A stretch of 62,162 nt of DNA, the filler included, from Catajapyx aquilonaris (lineage: Eukaryota), in the NCBI GenBank assembly GCA_000934665.2. It is 2 parts of 2 records of this genome, joined end to end, with 100 filler letters (N's around TTAATTAATTAA, not from the genome) between each part and the next. Parts side by side here need not be neighbours in the genome. Positions count along the whole stretch, not along the records: positions 1 to 30,938 come from JYFJ02004605.1; 1 more part is not named here. The stretch is one strand, 5' to 3'. The position numbers and the translations under genes were made by a program. Below, in pieces: positions 10,920 to 23,670 of this stretch (positions within the stretch are counted from its first letter, which is position 1; each line of letters opens with the position of its first letter). Below the pieces are notes generated by a model. It did no database searches, had not been told where the DNA came from, and saw only the letters and a list, made by a program, of their open reading frames with translations.

Positions 10920-11105
10920 GGGCTAGTACGGGCATATCTGGCAAGATTCCGGTGCTAGCGGACGAAGATGGTGAGGGTGACCGATGTCCCTGTGGTGATG
11001 GTACCCAGGATGCATCCCATGCACTGTGGTGCTGGATGCTCAGCAAACAAGATGAAATAGCAGGCCGGATGGATTTGTTGGGAGTCGCAACCAAATGGCC
11101 ATGTT
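10920..11105 (+). mobile_element. 3' fragment of a second non-LTR retrotransposon (CCHC region), related to 2223-3476
   Basis: GLVRAYLARF, then after a frameshift DEDGEGDRCPCGDGTQDASHALWC...KWPCS, paralleling GPFRAYLHRF...CQCGDGEQTPAHIIWAC...GWPCS. Confidence 0.7.
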
Positions 11106-11246
11106 CATCAAGCCATCAGTGCATTTATAATATTACATCATCAGCATACCGTTAGGTCCGGTGTATGTGAAAACTGTTAAATATTAATAAGTTCAACGTG
11201 TGACCTAACTGTGGCCCAAACACTCCCAGACACAAACCGATTTGTG

Positions 11247-11517
11247 GTTTGGTTTGGTTTATTAGGAAGAAGCCAAAGCAACTGTGGCTATCTGGCTGTA
11301 GAAGAAGCAAAGGTGGGACATATGGAGAGAGAAACGAAGAGGAAAAAGAAGAGAGGAAAGACTGGTATCTCTCGTAGTCTGTCTCCTATCCCAAAGACCT
11401 GTCCGGCTTGGGAGGCCCTACCAGTAGACGAAGCTACCGCCGGCATAGCTCTTGGGGTCACGGGAGAAACGCAAACCCCACCACCACGATAAGGTGGAGA
11501 TACCATCGGGGGGAAAT
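11247..11517 (-). mobile_element. Short non-autonomous retroposon with RTE-type 5' UTR head and (AAACC)n tail
   Basis: 11-bp TSD accgatttgtg at 11236-11246 and 11518-11528. Minus strand reads ccaccttatcgtggtggtggggtttgcgt...agagctatgccggcgg...ggtagggcctcccaagccggacaggtc, resembling RTE (Expander/BovB-like) 5' UTRs; tail aaaccaaaccaaac; no tRNA A/B boxes seen. Confidence 0.72.
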
Positions 11518-12138
11518 ACCGATTTGTGCAACTATGGGACACATCCCACACAAAGCAAAGGAAGACGAACCCTGACGACGAACCCCGATGATGAAGATCG
11601 TCCCAGGACAGCAGCTTTTTTGAACTCAAAAATTCTTGTAACTTCTCTATTCCGCGTTACGCCACCTTCATCAACATTTGAGGACACCTGCTGCCTACAA
11701 TGCTTAAGACCATAGGAGAGCAGACGCCTGCAACTTTACCAGAATCTGGCATCTCCACATGGTCTGTGTACGCATTAATAAATATGATATTCTTACAAAT
11801 GACACTTAGGAATGAGCGTAAGGCTCAAACATAGCAGTTTGGAACCGGCGTGAAAGCGCCAACACCGTGTCGCGTTGTGAATTTTTCAACATAAGTAACA
11901 CTGACCTCGTTCAGCATCAGAAGATCAAGGATTCAGTGACCTTCAAAGAGAAGCGAGACGAACCGGCACAAACATATTAAGAAAAACATAATGGTCACGT
12001 CCAACTCACTGGGACCTTCTCAGAGCACACGTATGCCTGCGGTGGTACTCAGTTATCAGAATGTTATTATATAGCAGAACTGAAATAATACATAGCAATA
12101 TTTCCATTGTTACCTATAATAATACACACAGTACATAG

Positions 12139-13048
12139 AGTGTGTAATTAAACAATTACTACCTTTATGACGAGTGCAACATGAACCCAATTTAATTTCA
12201 CGTGTCTCACGTCATGTACCACAAAAAGCTTTGAGATACGCAAAATGCCGCTTTGTCCTTTTCCAAGTAAAATAATGTCTCCAACTTGTTAATTAGTGTC
12301 AGTTCGACAAACATGTAGCAGCTAATGATCGTAGTAGAATTGAATTCTCTTGAGACGCATAACACGAACTATAATTATGACTTACACGTCTTTCACAGCA
12401 GAGTGACGTGCTTCAATGCACAAATTGCTGCGACTAGTTGCATAAAAAGTACAGTTGGCAGATTGACAATCAGAATTTTCCAATGTGCCTTCTGCATACA
12501 ATCATGCCCTTCAATTTGACTTGGATCAAAATGTGCCCATTAATGTACGAAGCATAAATCAAGTCTTACGACATTTTTGAATCAAACAGTTACCAAATAT
12601 TAAGTGAAAATACACTTCGTGTTCATCAAAAATGTTGGTATGGAATGAAGTTCGGAATAACTTTAAGGACCACTTCAAAGCTGTGAAAAATACAAATTTA
12701 GACCAGTTCTGGAATACTGTTTTGCAATTTTAACTTTCATATTTCCAGCAGAGCTGCCTAACAAACTGGAAAACACGCCATCGCATAGCTGGAGGGCAAA
12801 ACATGGAGATAAAATAATATCTATTGCACAATTGGACGGATAGCTGTCGCTGCTTCCATAATTTCAGCCAGTGTCGCCAGCACACCTTGGTGTACAATTA
12901 GTGATAATGATTCACTCCACCTACACCTTCATAATTTCAAGTCATTATTTACCATGGCGTAAAGCTTCATATCAATTAAAGCAGACGCCAACAGCAATAT
13001 ATAATAGATGAAAACCTTCACCTTTCTCAGCGTGACGCTGGGCCAGTA
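12139..13048. repeat. Copy 2 of the old local duplication; possibly a decayed P-element/THAP9-like transposase C-terminus on the minus strand
   Basis: Alignment to 7660-10925 is clear. Minus-strand fragments across the two copies (FHLLYIAVGVCF, RRGCLHCPP, FDEHEVSFQAGNCLFQKVVRLY) only loosely resemble P-transposase C-terminal motifs, so that part is weak. Confidence 0.6.
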
Positions 13049-16000
13049 GATATCACAATTAATATACTCGTAATTACAACTTTCAAAGACTGGAAAAAGT
13101 CGGAGGCAAAACGTGTGCAACTCACGATCAAATGTTGCACACCAGGTACCAGGTTGCGTGGAAATGAGATGATACCGCATAGCTCAACTTGTTCAGAATG
13201 AGTGTCAATATCATTGTGGCGGATAGGCCAAGTAGAAAGGGGTCAAATGGATAGGTTGGATACAAGGGGTCATCGAATGACAAATCCTGTTCACCTGAGT
13301 CTGGACCAAGGAAGCGCCGATAATAATAGGTATGAATTAATGGGAAACATTTTGTTGCTTCTAAAATCAGATAGTTAGGGTAATAAAAAGTGAGGACGAC
13401 ACACACATGCCTGTCACAAAATATTCTCCAGTTTTAAGTTGTCAATATAAGTAAAAATATAAGTCCTCAAAAGTTGTCAAATACGTATACTGACGGATTT
13501 CAGCACAACCGTTTAATATTCATATTGTACATTATTCCTTCGTGAGTCTGAAAGCTACAAAAAAATCCACTCATATTCAACCAGGAGAACATACGTACAT
13601 GTCATGAGCAACAACTGACGACGCGTAACGAGGGGTAAAACAACGCAAACTTATATAAAATATAATTATTATATCCGGCTGAGAGGGATACATTGTTGTC
13701 CACACTTCATACTGCTCGCAGCCAAATAGTACTGTTCACGTCGAGTCAGTATGGCATCACCACACTGTCATTTCACCCAGAAGGATGTTGAGCAGAGTGA
13801 ATGAGCCAGATGACGCCCAGAGTACCCTAAATGACTCAGGAAATATATAACAGATACGCTAGGGCCTATGACTACGAAAAGATGTCGGAAGAGAAGCCAA
13901 CCCTATGACAACGAGACACAGACTGTAACTATAGTCACCGGAGGAATCCAGCAATGAAGGAGTGCTTTCTCTCAGAAAAGTTCGCCGGAAGGGTAACTGA
14001 TACCGGTAGTCAAAAACTTGGTTGTACTCCATCCCAATGCCCTCTGACACGGCCCCCAATATGGCAATGCCTTAGGGCCTCGCATGGTCTAAGAGTAGGT
14101 GTTCATGAATACTACACTGTAGCTGAATTTTTCTTAAGAACGCAACCGAGTGCGCATCCAAAGAAATGGGTCTGTTATGGACAGAAAAATGAGTATGCTC
14201 TATCAGGAGTGACACAACATATAAGGTGGGTATCCGGCGTGTCCTTGATATGGCCATGCTAATGTGTGAAAATTTATCAAAAAAAAAAACAAATCAAAAC
14301 GTTTTTGTTTTTTTTGTAATCGTTCCCAGACTAATGGATGTTCATAATAAAAAAAAATTAATTCCCCATGAAAATTTTCTGCCCTTTGGCTGCTCCCTCC
14401 TTGAGTTGAGAAAACCTATTATTTTCATTGTCGTATTGCATTGACGATTTGTGCCTGTTTTTATTTTTATTTCATTGCTGCTGTGAGGGTCCCTTCTGTG
14501 ACTCAGGGCATTGTAAAATTATCGCGACGCCTCCCCGCACAGTGGTGCGACGACCCCGTTCTCGTGGACAAAAGTCACTCATTCGATCATCGTGAAACTC
14601 GATCAGGTCTGTGGAAATAGTCGAGGATGACTTTAGATACATGTTCATTTACAGGCATGTGCCATCTACGTACTTAATAATTAGCCTTTAACATGTTGTT
14701 GGTGAAAAAAATACTGAGGATCAGCCCTGCCGGTCGGACTGTGTTGCTTCCTTTACTTCCCTTATTGTGACATCTGATCGCTGCCTACAGTTGCAGACCT
14801 GCAAGTAGTTGGTCTCCAACCACTGCGCCCGTAATATAAGAATATATGAATATTGTGGATTGCGACTGGACTGTATTATTGTCGGATTGCGTTGCTCGAC
14901 ATCCATCACTTCCTCTTTCACTGGTCCAGAAGAGCGAACCTGGCGTTAGGTCTTTGGAACTTACTGTACTCTACATTTACGTCGCTGGAGGTGCACATCG
15001 CATAAAAATGAGATGAAAAATTTGCAAATAGGATCTGAGTACTGGTCAGTATGTGTGGAACTATGGCGCCAAAAAGACGGTCAAAATCCAGAAGAGTGGC
15101 CAGCGCCATGAAGCTGAAGGAAATCCATACACAACCTAGCTACTACGCAGAAAGTTTTCGGGCCGATACATATTTCGAAACTCTCGGAATATGTTTGAAT
15201 GACGGCTTACTACAATCTGTCATTCAAATCAAAGTCAAACCTTAATTGTAACTTTGTTCCCTCCGCATGACTATGCGAAGTCATGTGGAGAGCACGGTAC
15301 TCATCCGTTTACGGATTGAAGATTCCGGCGCTTTTGTTAAAACATTGCATCAGTGCATCAACCCAAAAAAATGGCACTTCATTCATCTACTATAATTATT
15401 CATTAGTATGTTTCTCTCAGTGTTGACAAAGACTCACTCATGCTTACCAGAGAACTTGAGCACTAACTTCCCAGCTTAGCTTCAGCAGTTTCACTCATAT
15501 ATGCGCCATAAGTTCAGTGCAACATAAATCGTAAAATCGAATTCAGTAATGCTGAATATCGAGCAGCCCAATTGGTTTTGGTAAACCATTTTGAAGGAGC
15601 ATACAGGTCAAATAGCATAATCTACGACTCATTTTACAGGCTTCCATGACCCATGTTGAGGCAGGACAGCTTGAGATTTCTACCACACTCCCTCACTAAT
15701 GGCCAACCGGTCCTTGCCGATCTACGGAGTACGGAACTCCCTCACTAACGAATATTTGCCCATTTGGAACTTTACCTGTTTGCAGTGTGTGTGTGTGTTT
15801 TTTTTTTTTTTTGCAACAATGTACATTAAAGGAGGAAAATTGAGACACAGAAAATTTCAATTAATGTCAGGGAGAAAACAGGAGAGTTGTCCACGAGAAT
15901 GTCATCCAACAACTATATGACTGTATCAGAAGGTAAAAGGTACATGGGAATTTATTAGCGAGACAAGCGAGAAGATACATTCTGAGGTCAACAAGTGAAT

Positions 16001-17196
16001 CCCTACATGCCAATGTACAGATGCCAGACATCTATTAGAAAGGAGGCTTTTTTATTCTCTAGCTGTTATGCCACTTCGTAGCACTGTCCGTGAAGGTCTG
16101 GGTGTGCTAATTCCATTTCAGGTTCATTCTGATCCTGACCGGATCAACGAGCTAAAGGACGTGATGTATCCAGCAAGGAGGACATTATGGTTCAAAGTTC
16201 CTCCTTGCCTGCTTCAGAACTGACAAAAGAACTTATGAAATATCCGCCTCTTTTCAGCACAGAAGGAGTAAGTTAACAATTCATCAGCGACGAGAGTGTA
16301 TGAATAATATTTATATCACCTCTTTCAGCTGATCACTTAATTGAAAGGGGGCGATTTGTGTATTGTTGTATGAAAAATATTGTAAACCATGGGTCCTGGT
16401 CTTCTTCTCCGTGGTCGTAGGTGGTCCTCCCTCTCTCTCTCTCTCTCCCTGTGGAGGCTTCGTCCTGGGTGACCAAATTTTTTCATCTTCTTGGACAAAC
16501 TATTTGGGGACAAAAAAACTATACACTGGAAAAATGCCTCAAGGCAATTAACGATGCCTGAACTCCCCCAGGGAGTCAAGATGACCAGAGTGGGGGTGGG
16601 GTGAGGGGCCTTCTTCACAGAAGAAGCCCCGGATGAGCAGCCATAGCCACTCAGTGTTAGTTAACCTGTTTCCTTGAGATCTACAGAGATCACACCCCGC
16701 CACAAACCCTACACATACTATACACGACTATAGCCAAGTGCAGAGGCCAAGTTTGATGCATCTCAAAACCATCTATGGCTCGGAGAGGACGCATTATCCA
16801 GCCAGTACAGGGTCAAGACACCAGCTGACTTGGGGAACATTGACAAGAAAGTTCAAAAAAAGAGGAGGAGGAGGTTGCGTGCGGCATTGGCATCTGAAAC
16901 ATTATAAATATGAAATACGTAAGGGGGTATTGAAGGGGGAGTGCACGGCGCTGGCCCCACACAATATTTCGAAACGAACTCATGCATGAAGCTGGTAACT
17001 TGGAGAACAAGAGACACTTCATATGCCACCGGAGGGCATTTCCAGAGGTTAACAACAACCGAGCCAACATGAACCAAAAAAAATTTCAGCGTCACAATAT
17101 TATTCTGTTGGACCAATACAGAGAAATCCACTAACAATCCCCTACATATTATACAAGCCTCAAGGGAAAAATGTTTGGATTGGTGACACAGGGCTC

Positions 17197-17329
17197 AATG
17201 AGTTTCTTAATAGGAAAAAATGTATTCGCCCCCCGTGTTTCAAACAAATGAAAAATTAACACTCATGAAAAGGTGTCAAGCATGTACACTATGCATCAAC
17301 TCATGACACCAATTCCTACGGATTCTACT
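17197..17329 (+). repeat. ~135-bp dispersed direct repeat, copy 1
   Basis: Aligns to 18636-18776 (aaacaaatgaaaaattaacactcatga...gcatgtacactatgcatcaactcat). Confidence 0.85.
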
Positions 17330-17589
17330 GTGCCAGATCAGCCTCATCGTGGTTATTCAGTGGCGCACATCACAACCAACTCTAAATAGCAAGAGTCACT
17401 GACTCATCTTTAACAACAAAAAGGCCAGATGGCCAGATGTGAAAATAAATTGCTTGATGACAGATGATGAAAGCCATTTATAGTGACGTCATACAGATTA
17501 TTGTATCAGAAACTACTTCACCCATCCACTTCCCCATTTTCATGTTATGAGATCTAGTAAAACGAGGGCCGTACAGAGTAAAGGAAGGT

Positions 17590-17850
17590 CAACTAGGCCA
17601 CACAAGGAAGCAGACTACTGCAAAAGTGGCTTGGGATGCGCTACAGGAGTATCACCAAAGGGCCACTTGGTCGAATACAGTACGGTTGCTTCGACTACTA
17701 TGCTCAATAAGATGAGTAGGGAGTAGGGATGAATGAGCATATAGCCAAAATGGAGGACATACTGGATCAACTAAATGCATTGGGTGAGTAAATAGTTGAC
17801 GCAATGGCTGTTACATTTATGTTGAGTAGTCTACCAGAAAGTTACGAGGG
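17590..17850 (+). mobile_element. Copia LTR-retrotransposon gag fragment (UBN2/Retrotran_gag_2-like)
   Basis: KQTTAKVAWDALQEYHQRAT...MNEHIAKMEDILDQLNALGE*IVDAMAVTFMLSSLPESYE, with stops and a frameshift. Confidence 0.8.
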
Positions 17851-17978
17851 CGGTTCGATATAATTTATCTACCTGAGTTTGGAAGAGTAAAGATGTTGCT
17901 TATAAAAAAAATCGACATTAAATTCGTCCCTCCCTACATTACCTGTTCACAGGAAATGACTTAATAAAATACTTGGCA

Positions 17979-18400
17979 TGGCAGTGAGCAGTTATCAACC
18001 TTCATACTATTCTCCAGCAGATATTTCCGACATCGGCAGTTCATCTGATGAAGACGAATGTGATGCATCGAAAACTTATCCACACGACACTATTTTTGTT
18101 ATAAGGAGTAGAAAAGAGCTCAGCGCGCAACTGACAATTTGAGGATGATAGTTCAACCTGCACATATTAAATACAACATAACTCATCAAAAAGGATATAC
18201 CAATGGAAAAAAGAACCATTCCATCACACTGGCATTCCTGGTGAGGACCACTCCACCTCACCTGGCAAGTCATCATCGCCTTTGAAGTATTTCACCAAAT
18301 TCTTTGACAAGGCATTATTTGAGCAAATATCACATCAGACAAATCTCTACTCAACAGAAAACCAGTGTAAGCATTTAAATACAACACCATCTGAAACAAT
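17979..18400 (+). mobile_element. N-terminal fragment of a second, unrelated piggyBac transposase
   Basis: Acidic DISDIGSSSDEDE, then YQWKKEPF...SPLKYFTKFFDKALFEQISHQTNLYS...LNTTPSE, typical of the piggyBac N-terminal region. Confidence 0.78.
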
Positions 18401-18423
18401 CTTTTATAGCAACACATCACGGG

Positions 18424-18621
18424 TATTGTCACTATGTCTTCGTGGATCTCAAATCAGCATTCGACAAAGTAGATCGAGTAAAACTAATGACAAAATTATG
18501 GAAACTAGGAGTTAAGGGGAAAGTGTGGAGGCTACTATGCAAAATGTACGAAGAGAGCATTAATACAATAGGAGCAGGCGGGGAAAGATTTTGGATAACG
18601 AATGTAGTGAGGCAGGGTGGA
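18424..18621 (+). mobile_element. Non-LTR retrotransposon reverse transcriptase fragment
   Basis: FVDLKSAFDKVDRVKLMTKLWKLGVKGKVWRLLCKMYE...VRQG (DxxxAFD and RQG motifs). Confidence 0.85.
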
Positions 18622-18635
18622 ACATGTATGTGCTT

Positions 18636-18776
18636 AATGAGTTGCTTAATCGGAAAAAAATGTATTTGCCCCCGTGTTGCAAACAAATGAAAAATTAACA
18701 CTCATGAGAAGGTGTCCAGCATGTACACTATGCATCAACTCATTCCTACGGAACACCAATTCCTAAGGATTCTACT
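18636..18776 (+). repeat. ~135-bp dispersed direct repeat, copy 2
   Basis: Aligns to 17197-17329. Confidence 0.85.
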
Positions 18777-18787
18777 TGCACAACCTA

Positions 18788-18985
18788 CGCCTACCATACG
18801 GCATCAAGACGGCTCCTGGGGTATTCCAACAACAGATGATATAAGTGGGGCCTCGACGGAGTTACTGCCTTTATGGACGATCTGTCGGGTGACAAGATGG
18901 AGCTACACAACTAAAGACTCACTGCGATTTTTGAGAGAGCTAGGGAAAAGGGTCTCCGGCTGCGTAAGGACAAATTGCAGCTGGC
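18788..18985 (+). mobile_element. Ty3/Gypsy reverse transcriptase fragment
   Basis: RLPYGIKTAPGVFQQQM, frameshift, GLDGVTAFMDDL...RAREKGLRLRKDK (LPFG and YxDD-like motifs). Confidence 0.82.
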
Positions 18986-20829
18986 ATGAAGTATGGTGAC
19001 GGTAAGGAGAAATATTTATAGCTTAGCATAATCTCCGATAAGCTCCCCTGTCATAGAATCTGGAGTAGAAGTGATAACAACGTTACATGCTGGAACCAAG
19101 CCATGAATGCGGCGTCACTGCTAACAATGTAAATATGCACAGAACCAGCGGCGAAAGCAGCTGAAGAAGGTGGTTAACATCCCACTCGCTTGAAACATTT
19201 TCGAACACTTCACTTGATGTGACGCCAGACAATGCGTTCAGACACATACAGGTCGCGCCACATTCGATGCCCAAAATGACCGCCTTAAAACCACATTCAC
19301 AGAGATTATCAAACAAACATTACGTCTATTATAGTCTGTACCGCCATCTTTTCTTTTCATGGCATGACCAGCAAGATATCGATTCATTGCAAATATAATA
19401 CCAGCATAAATAGGCAATACCATACGGCAAAGGCCTAAATAGGTTACGATACTTACACATCTGTGACAACACACTTTTTTCACTTTAATTACGGAGTGGA
19501 GAGCATCGAGTGGAATAAACCAAGCGGATTGTGACTTTGTTAGTGAAAGTAAGTAATCTTATTAATGTTATCGGGGGATGCTGGGGGACTGACATATCAG
19601 CCAATGAGTGACCATCCTGCAGTAACCTCAACAAAGGGAAGACGGGCATTCTACCACAGATCCTACGAACATCTGGGCCCTATAGCCCACATCCGGCCAC
19701 AGTAACAAGCTAGTGTAATATGGTAACCTTTACATTCACATACACGGAGAGTAGGAAGTACGCCAGGATTTAGTGTTTGCGGCGGGTATCCCATATTATT
19801 GTTGATTTAACTACCCTCTATGGGAGGTTTTTTTAAAAAAGCACTCCTTGTACATTTATTCGCAAGGATAGGAGAACAGAGATGACAAAGTCGACTACGA
19901 GCGATAACCTGATTGTATGGACCAAAGAGTTCACAATGTGACGACATTCTCGCATGTTGTTACGATATTTGAGCGTCCCCAACTCCACAGGACCCTCGTG
20001 ATATACCAACAAAATCCAACAGAAATTAGGTGGGACGATCAAGAGCTATTGATAATATCTGCTCCTGTCTTCCCAAGTAAGTGTGTCCAATCAACCAGAC
20101 ACCATTTTGGACATAGCAATATCAGCACAAGAATTGAAATTAGCTTGTTCAAAACTAAAAGTCAAGCAATGACCCCGATCCAAAAAGAGAATCATAGAAA
20201 ATGAAGACCTTTTCCTACAGAAGTTGAGGGAGATACGGGACCGAAGGAGACAGGCCGAGATTCATAAACTTCGAATGGCACAGGAGCAAAGTGGTATGAA
20301 GCGCGGATGGCAAGGAAGCAAGCACAAAAGCACTAGCAATAACCTGTTGAAGTATACCTTTCGGTTCTATTACAGTGAAGACAAACAGGTGGATGCTAGT
20401 ACATTCTACGACATGGATGATGTACGAACTTAACCAGCAGCTCCTAAACTTACTGAGAGTCATGTCAAATAGAAAAGAACCATTACTAACAAGAGGGGTT
20501 ACAGATTGGCTTTACCCAGTCTGGGTGGTAATTACATCCGAATTCATAACACGACGAAAAACTATCAAGATGTGAGATCAGGAAGATACAGTACTACTCT
20601 TGATGTTTGCTGCAGTGCCATGTCAGAATATTTCTAAACTGCAGTAACTGCATCAGAAATTCAGCCTCATTTAATCCAACCAAGACAACGCTAATAAAAA
20701 CAACACTGTCGCGTTAATTACATTCAATGATTTAAATAGTTTTACGACTTTATCTCCAAAAAGCAGCCAATTAATTATCGGACGAAGAAACTGGCAACAA
20801 TCTACAACCAACTGAGAATGTGTAGGGTA

Positions 20830-21085
20830 TGATGGTCAGGGAGTGGGCCAACCGCAACGAGAGACGGGATGATCTGCTGCAGGACCATTGCAGGGAGGTG
20901 TGGGGTCAATTTCAAACAGCCCTTGGATCCTCTGCAAACTGGCCTGCATGCCCAAGAGGCTTGCTGAAGTCATCGAGAACGATGGAGGCCACACTAGCTA
21001 TTGAGTTTCATAATTTTTAGCTGCTGTAATTGTTATTTACTTTTATGGTGATTGTAATAATTATTGTTATTATTTTCTGCCTAAA
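20830..21085 (+). mobile_element. Possible third LINE 3' end with AT-rich UTR
   Basis: GC-rich CREVWGQFQTALGSSANWPACPRGLLK loosely parallels the end of the 2223-3333 frame and is followed by a T/TG-rich UTR-like tract. Confidence 0.35.
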
Positions 21086-23149
21086 ATCGCCTGGATCAAG
21101 CTACAAAAGAACAGTTTCGAACGACATTTGCTATAATTATAAAATAAACACAATTAATACTTTCTTTTGAAACCGCCTTTTTAAAAAGACAGCCACGAGT
21201 ATAAGACAGTAAACATTCAGAGGAGGCCATTTTTCTGTGGCTTTCAAAGTCTCAGATTTGGGACGCTAACCGAAACAGACGTAAGAATTCCCCAGGGAAG
21301 TCCTGCTTTTTGCGAAGAGTGCCCGACCCACTTGTGCTTACAAAAAGGCAGAAAATGAACCAAAGGAGTTTCACAGTAGGACAATCAGTAACTTAATGTA
21401 ATTTGTTACATTTTAAACCCATTTATTATAGTTGTTAATATTATATATATACTTAATTTTTCCCTTGAAATAAAGATATTTTTCTGGTAGCAAAACTACC
21501 GTTAATGACCATATATGTCACGTGAAAAATTTCCGTTCGCATTTTTTTCTCTACATGTTTTTTTCCCAGGCCCATTATGATTCCTCATATTTTCATGCAA
21601 TAATTTGGACTCCTGGGTATTTCAGGGTTAAGATTACAATCGTATAATAGTTGTCAATCATTTTGGTTCCTGCTTCCCTACAGGCGTCCTCGTAGCAATC
21701 ATTTTGAATCAAATCCGATCCGGAAAAAAAGATCGAATTTGAATGCTATCCCAACCATTCCAAGTCGGACCACCACAGATTCTGGCTAGTACTTCCATGT
21801 CACATGTGGGCTTCTCAAAGTGATCAATTGTCTCATATCTGCCCACCTTCTAGACACGGAGCTTTGTGGAGCCACCAGCTCTGACACAGCAGTCGACATC
21901 ACTCCTGCAAACTTCAACCCCGCGGACTTCCAGGTTATCCATAACAGATCACGACCAGTACCAGTACTATATGTCAAGAAAAAGACGACAGGGGGGCGGG
22001 TATAAGACAACGACCATGTTTCTTACTGCGTCAAAAGGGCTACGAAAATGTCCCGACATTTCATTGACAAACACCGTTGATAATGCTCACAACGAACTTT
22101 GTGAGGAAGACTTGTTCCTGCATTCCAAATAAGAAAAGTAATCTTCATTTTCGACTCCCCAGGACATTTCTTAAAGCCAATGACAATTATGGCGTCATAA
22201 TAGGCTCGTAAAACCTGAATTTTTATGTTGCAGTGCAATCTTGTAAAAAGCAATGGAAGATATTGGTGCACCCTTTTAGGACAATGTAGCTCAACAGATG
22301 ACAAGCTTATGTGCCACAAGAAAAGTGGCCATATTTCGAAACCATGCTCTTCCTGAAGGACATTGCGGTATTCAGGGGGTAGGTTGAGACTAATTTTGCA
22401 ATGTTGCCATTATTCTGATTTACGTGGCTTTCCTACTCACAGTACCACAGGGGCCATGTCTTGTGGGAGCCCCAGGTCCCTACTTGCAGTATACGACGAA
22501 CTTCACAGCCAAACGTTTCCAACTGGCTGGTACACGCCATTGTCAATTGCCAAAAATAGTGTATGATAATATTGCAGACACACTTATAATGCAATTTGAG
22601 CTCAGAAGAGATTCACAAATAGTGTCCAATAATAATTTTAAGAAACTCTCTCAACATTCTTTTCCTATTCCCAGCACTAACAGACGATGACGAGTCAGCC
22701 GTTGATGTCAATCACAAGATCCCAAGACAAATGGCTCTGGAGGAGGAATATTGGAATGTTGTCAAGCTTCTGGACGAGGTATTTATTTGGGGAGGCTTCG
22801 GTACGTCTTTCCAGCCAACTGGCGTAGCCAGCAACACAAGAGTGGATTACATGCTTTTAAACTTATGAGTGCAGTGCCACAAGAGAGGATGAATGCATGC
22901 GAACGGCATGTTTCAACACTAGTGCAGACCTTGCCTGAACCTGACTTTCCAGATTCAATCACGTTTAAGCTTAAATAAATTGCTAATTAAGTACTCGTGT
23001 TAATCAATTTCTTGCCTCAACTTCACTCTTTAAGTTTCCGGAAGCAAACCCTACCGTCTAACATATTCAACCTCCTTTATGAATGCTCGCTTCCAGACGC
23101 TGACACACAGTGCTGTACCATGTGGACTACCTCGTGCAGCACCAAACCT

Positions 23150-23670
23150 TCCCGTAAATCCTTACAAGGAAGAAGATTCTGGGTGAAAACAACTTGCAGA
23201 TCACAGCAGAAGTTGCTCCATGGACAGCGGGACGAAGAGGACTACCTGCAAAACCTTGGCATGTCGCAGGCTTGTTTCCAGCTGCTCTGCACCGCATATC
23301 ATATCAAACGAGCTCACCCGCTAACTATACGTGTTCCCATGCCACTGCATTACATAGCTGATGTCATCTCGGAATACGTTGGCAAACCTACGCATCATGG
23401 GAAAGTCAACGGCCGGGGGAGATCATCCATGATATTTGTGCAGCTGCGATAAAAGTCCTGAAGACTACGTACCTGAAGAGGAGTTTGATGATATGTGCCA
23501 GCTAACTCAGCAAGAAGTTAAGTACATGTATTATAGAAAGGTCATGCGTGGTGCAAGGTCTGTGGTGGTATGCACCTTTGGAAGGTTAAAAACTGCCTCG
23601 AGTGAAATGCTCGGCTACATTACGGGGCTTCCTGTTTAACCAACTACACTTGTAGCTGCACATTATTATG
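23150..23670 (+). mobile_element. PIF/Harbinger transposase remnant (internally deleted)
   Basis: RRFWV...DEEDYLQNLGMSQACFQLLC (N-terminal RMS..F..LC motif) and LTQQEVKYMYYRKVMRGARSVVVCTFGRLK (FNYRLSRAR.VVE.AFG.LK motif). Confidence 0.68.

Larger units (their letters stand above)
7660..10925. repeat. Copy 1 of an old local duplication (interrupted by the piggyBac and other inserts)
   Basis: 7660-7810 plus 9522-9600 align to 12139-12372; 10400-10925 aligns to 12514-13048, with many substitutions and indels. Confidence 0.85.

Noticed and set aside
14538..15240. Transib/RAG1-like remnant (cacagtgg plus minus-strand ILFANFSSHFYAMCTSSDVNVEY)
   Set aside because: No matching second TIR or catalytic motif found; the resemblance is too weak without a profile search.
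16750..17130. LINE C-terminal remnant, plus similar hints at 6795-6860, 11640-11760, 16120-16180 and 20090-20400
   Set aside because: Suggestive of further + strand TE debris, but the motifs are too short to call; not counted in the strand tally.
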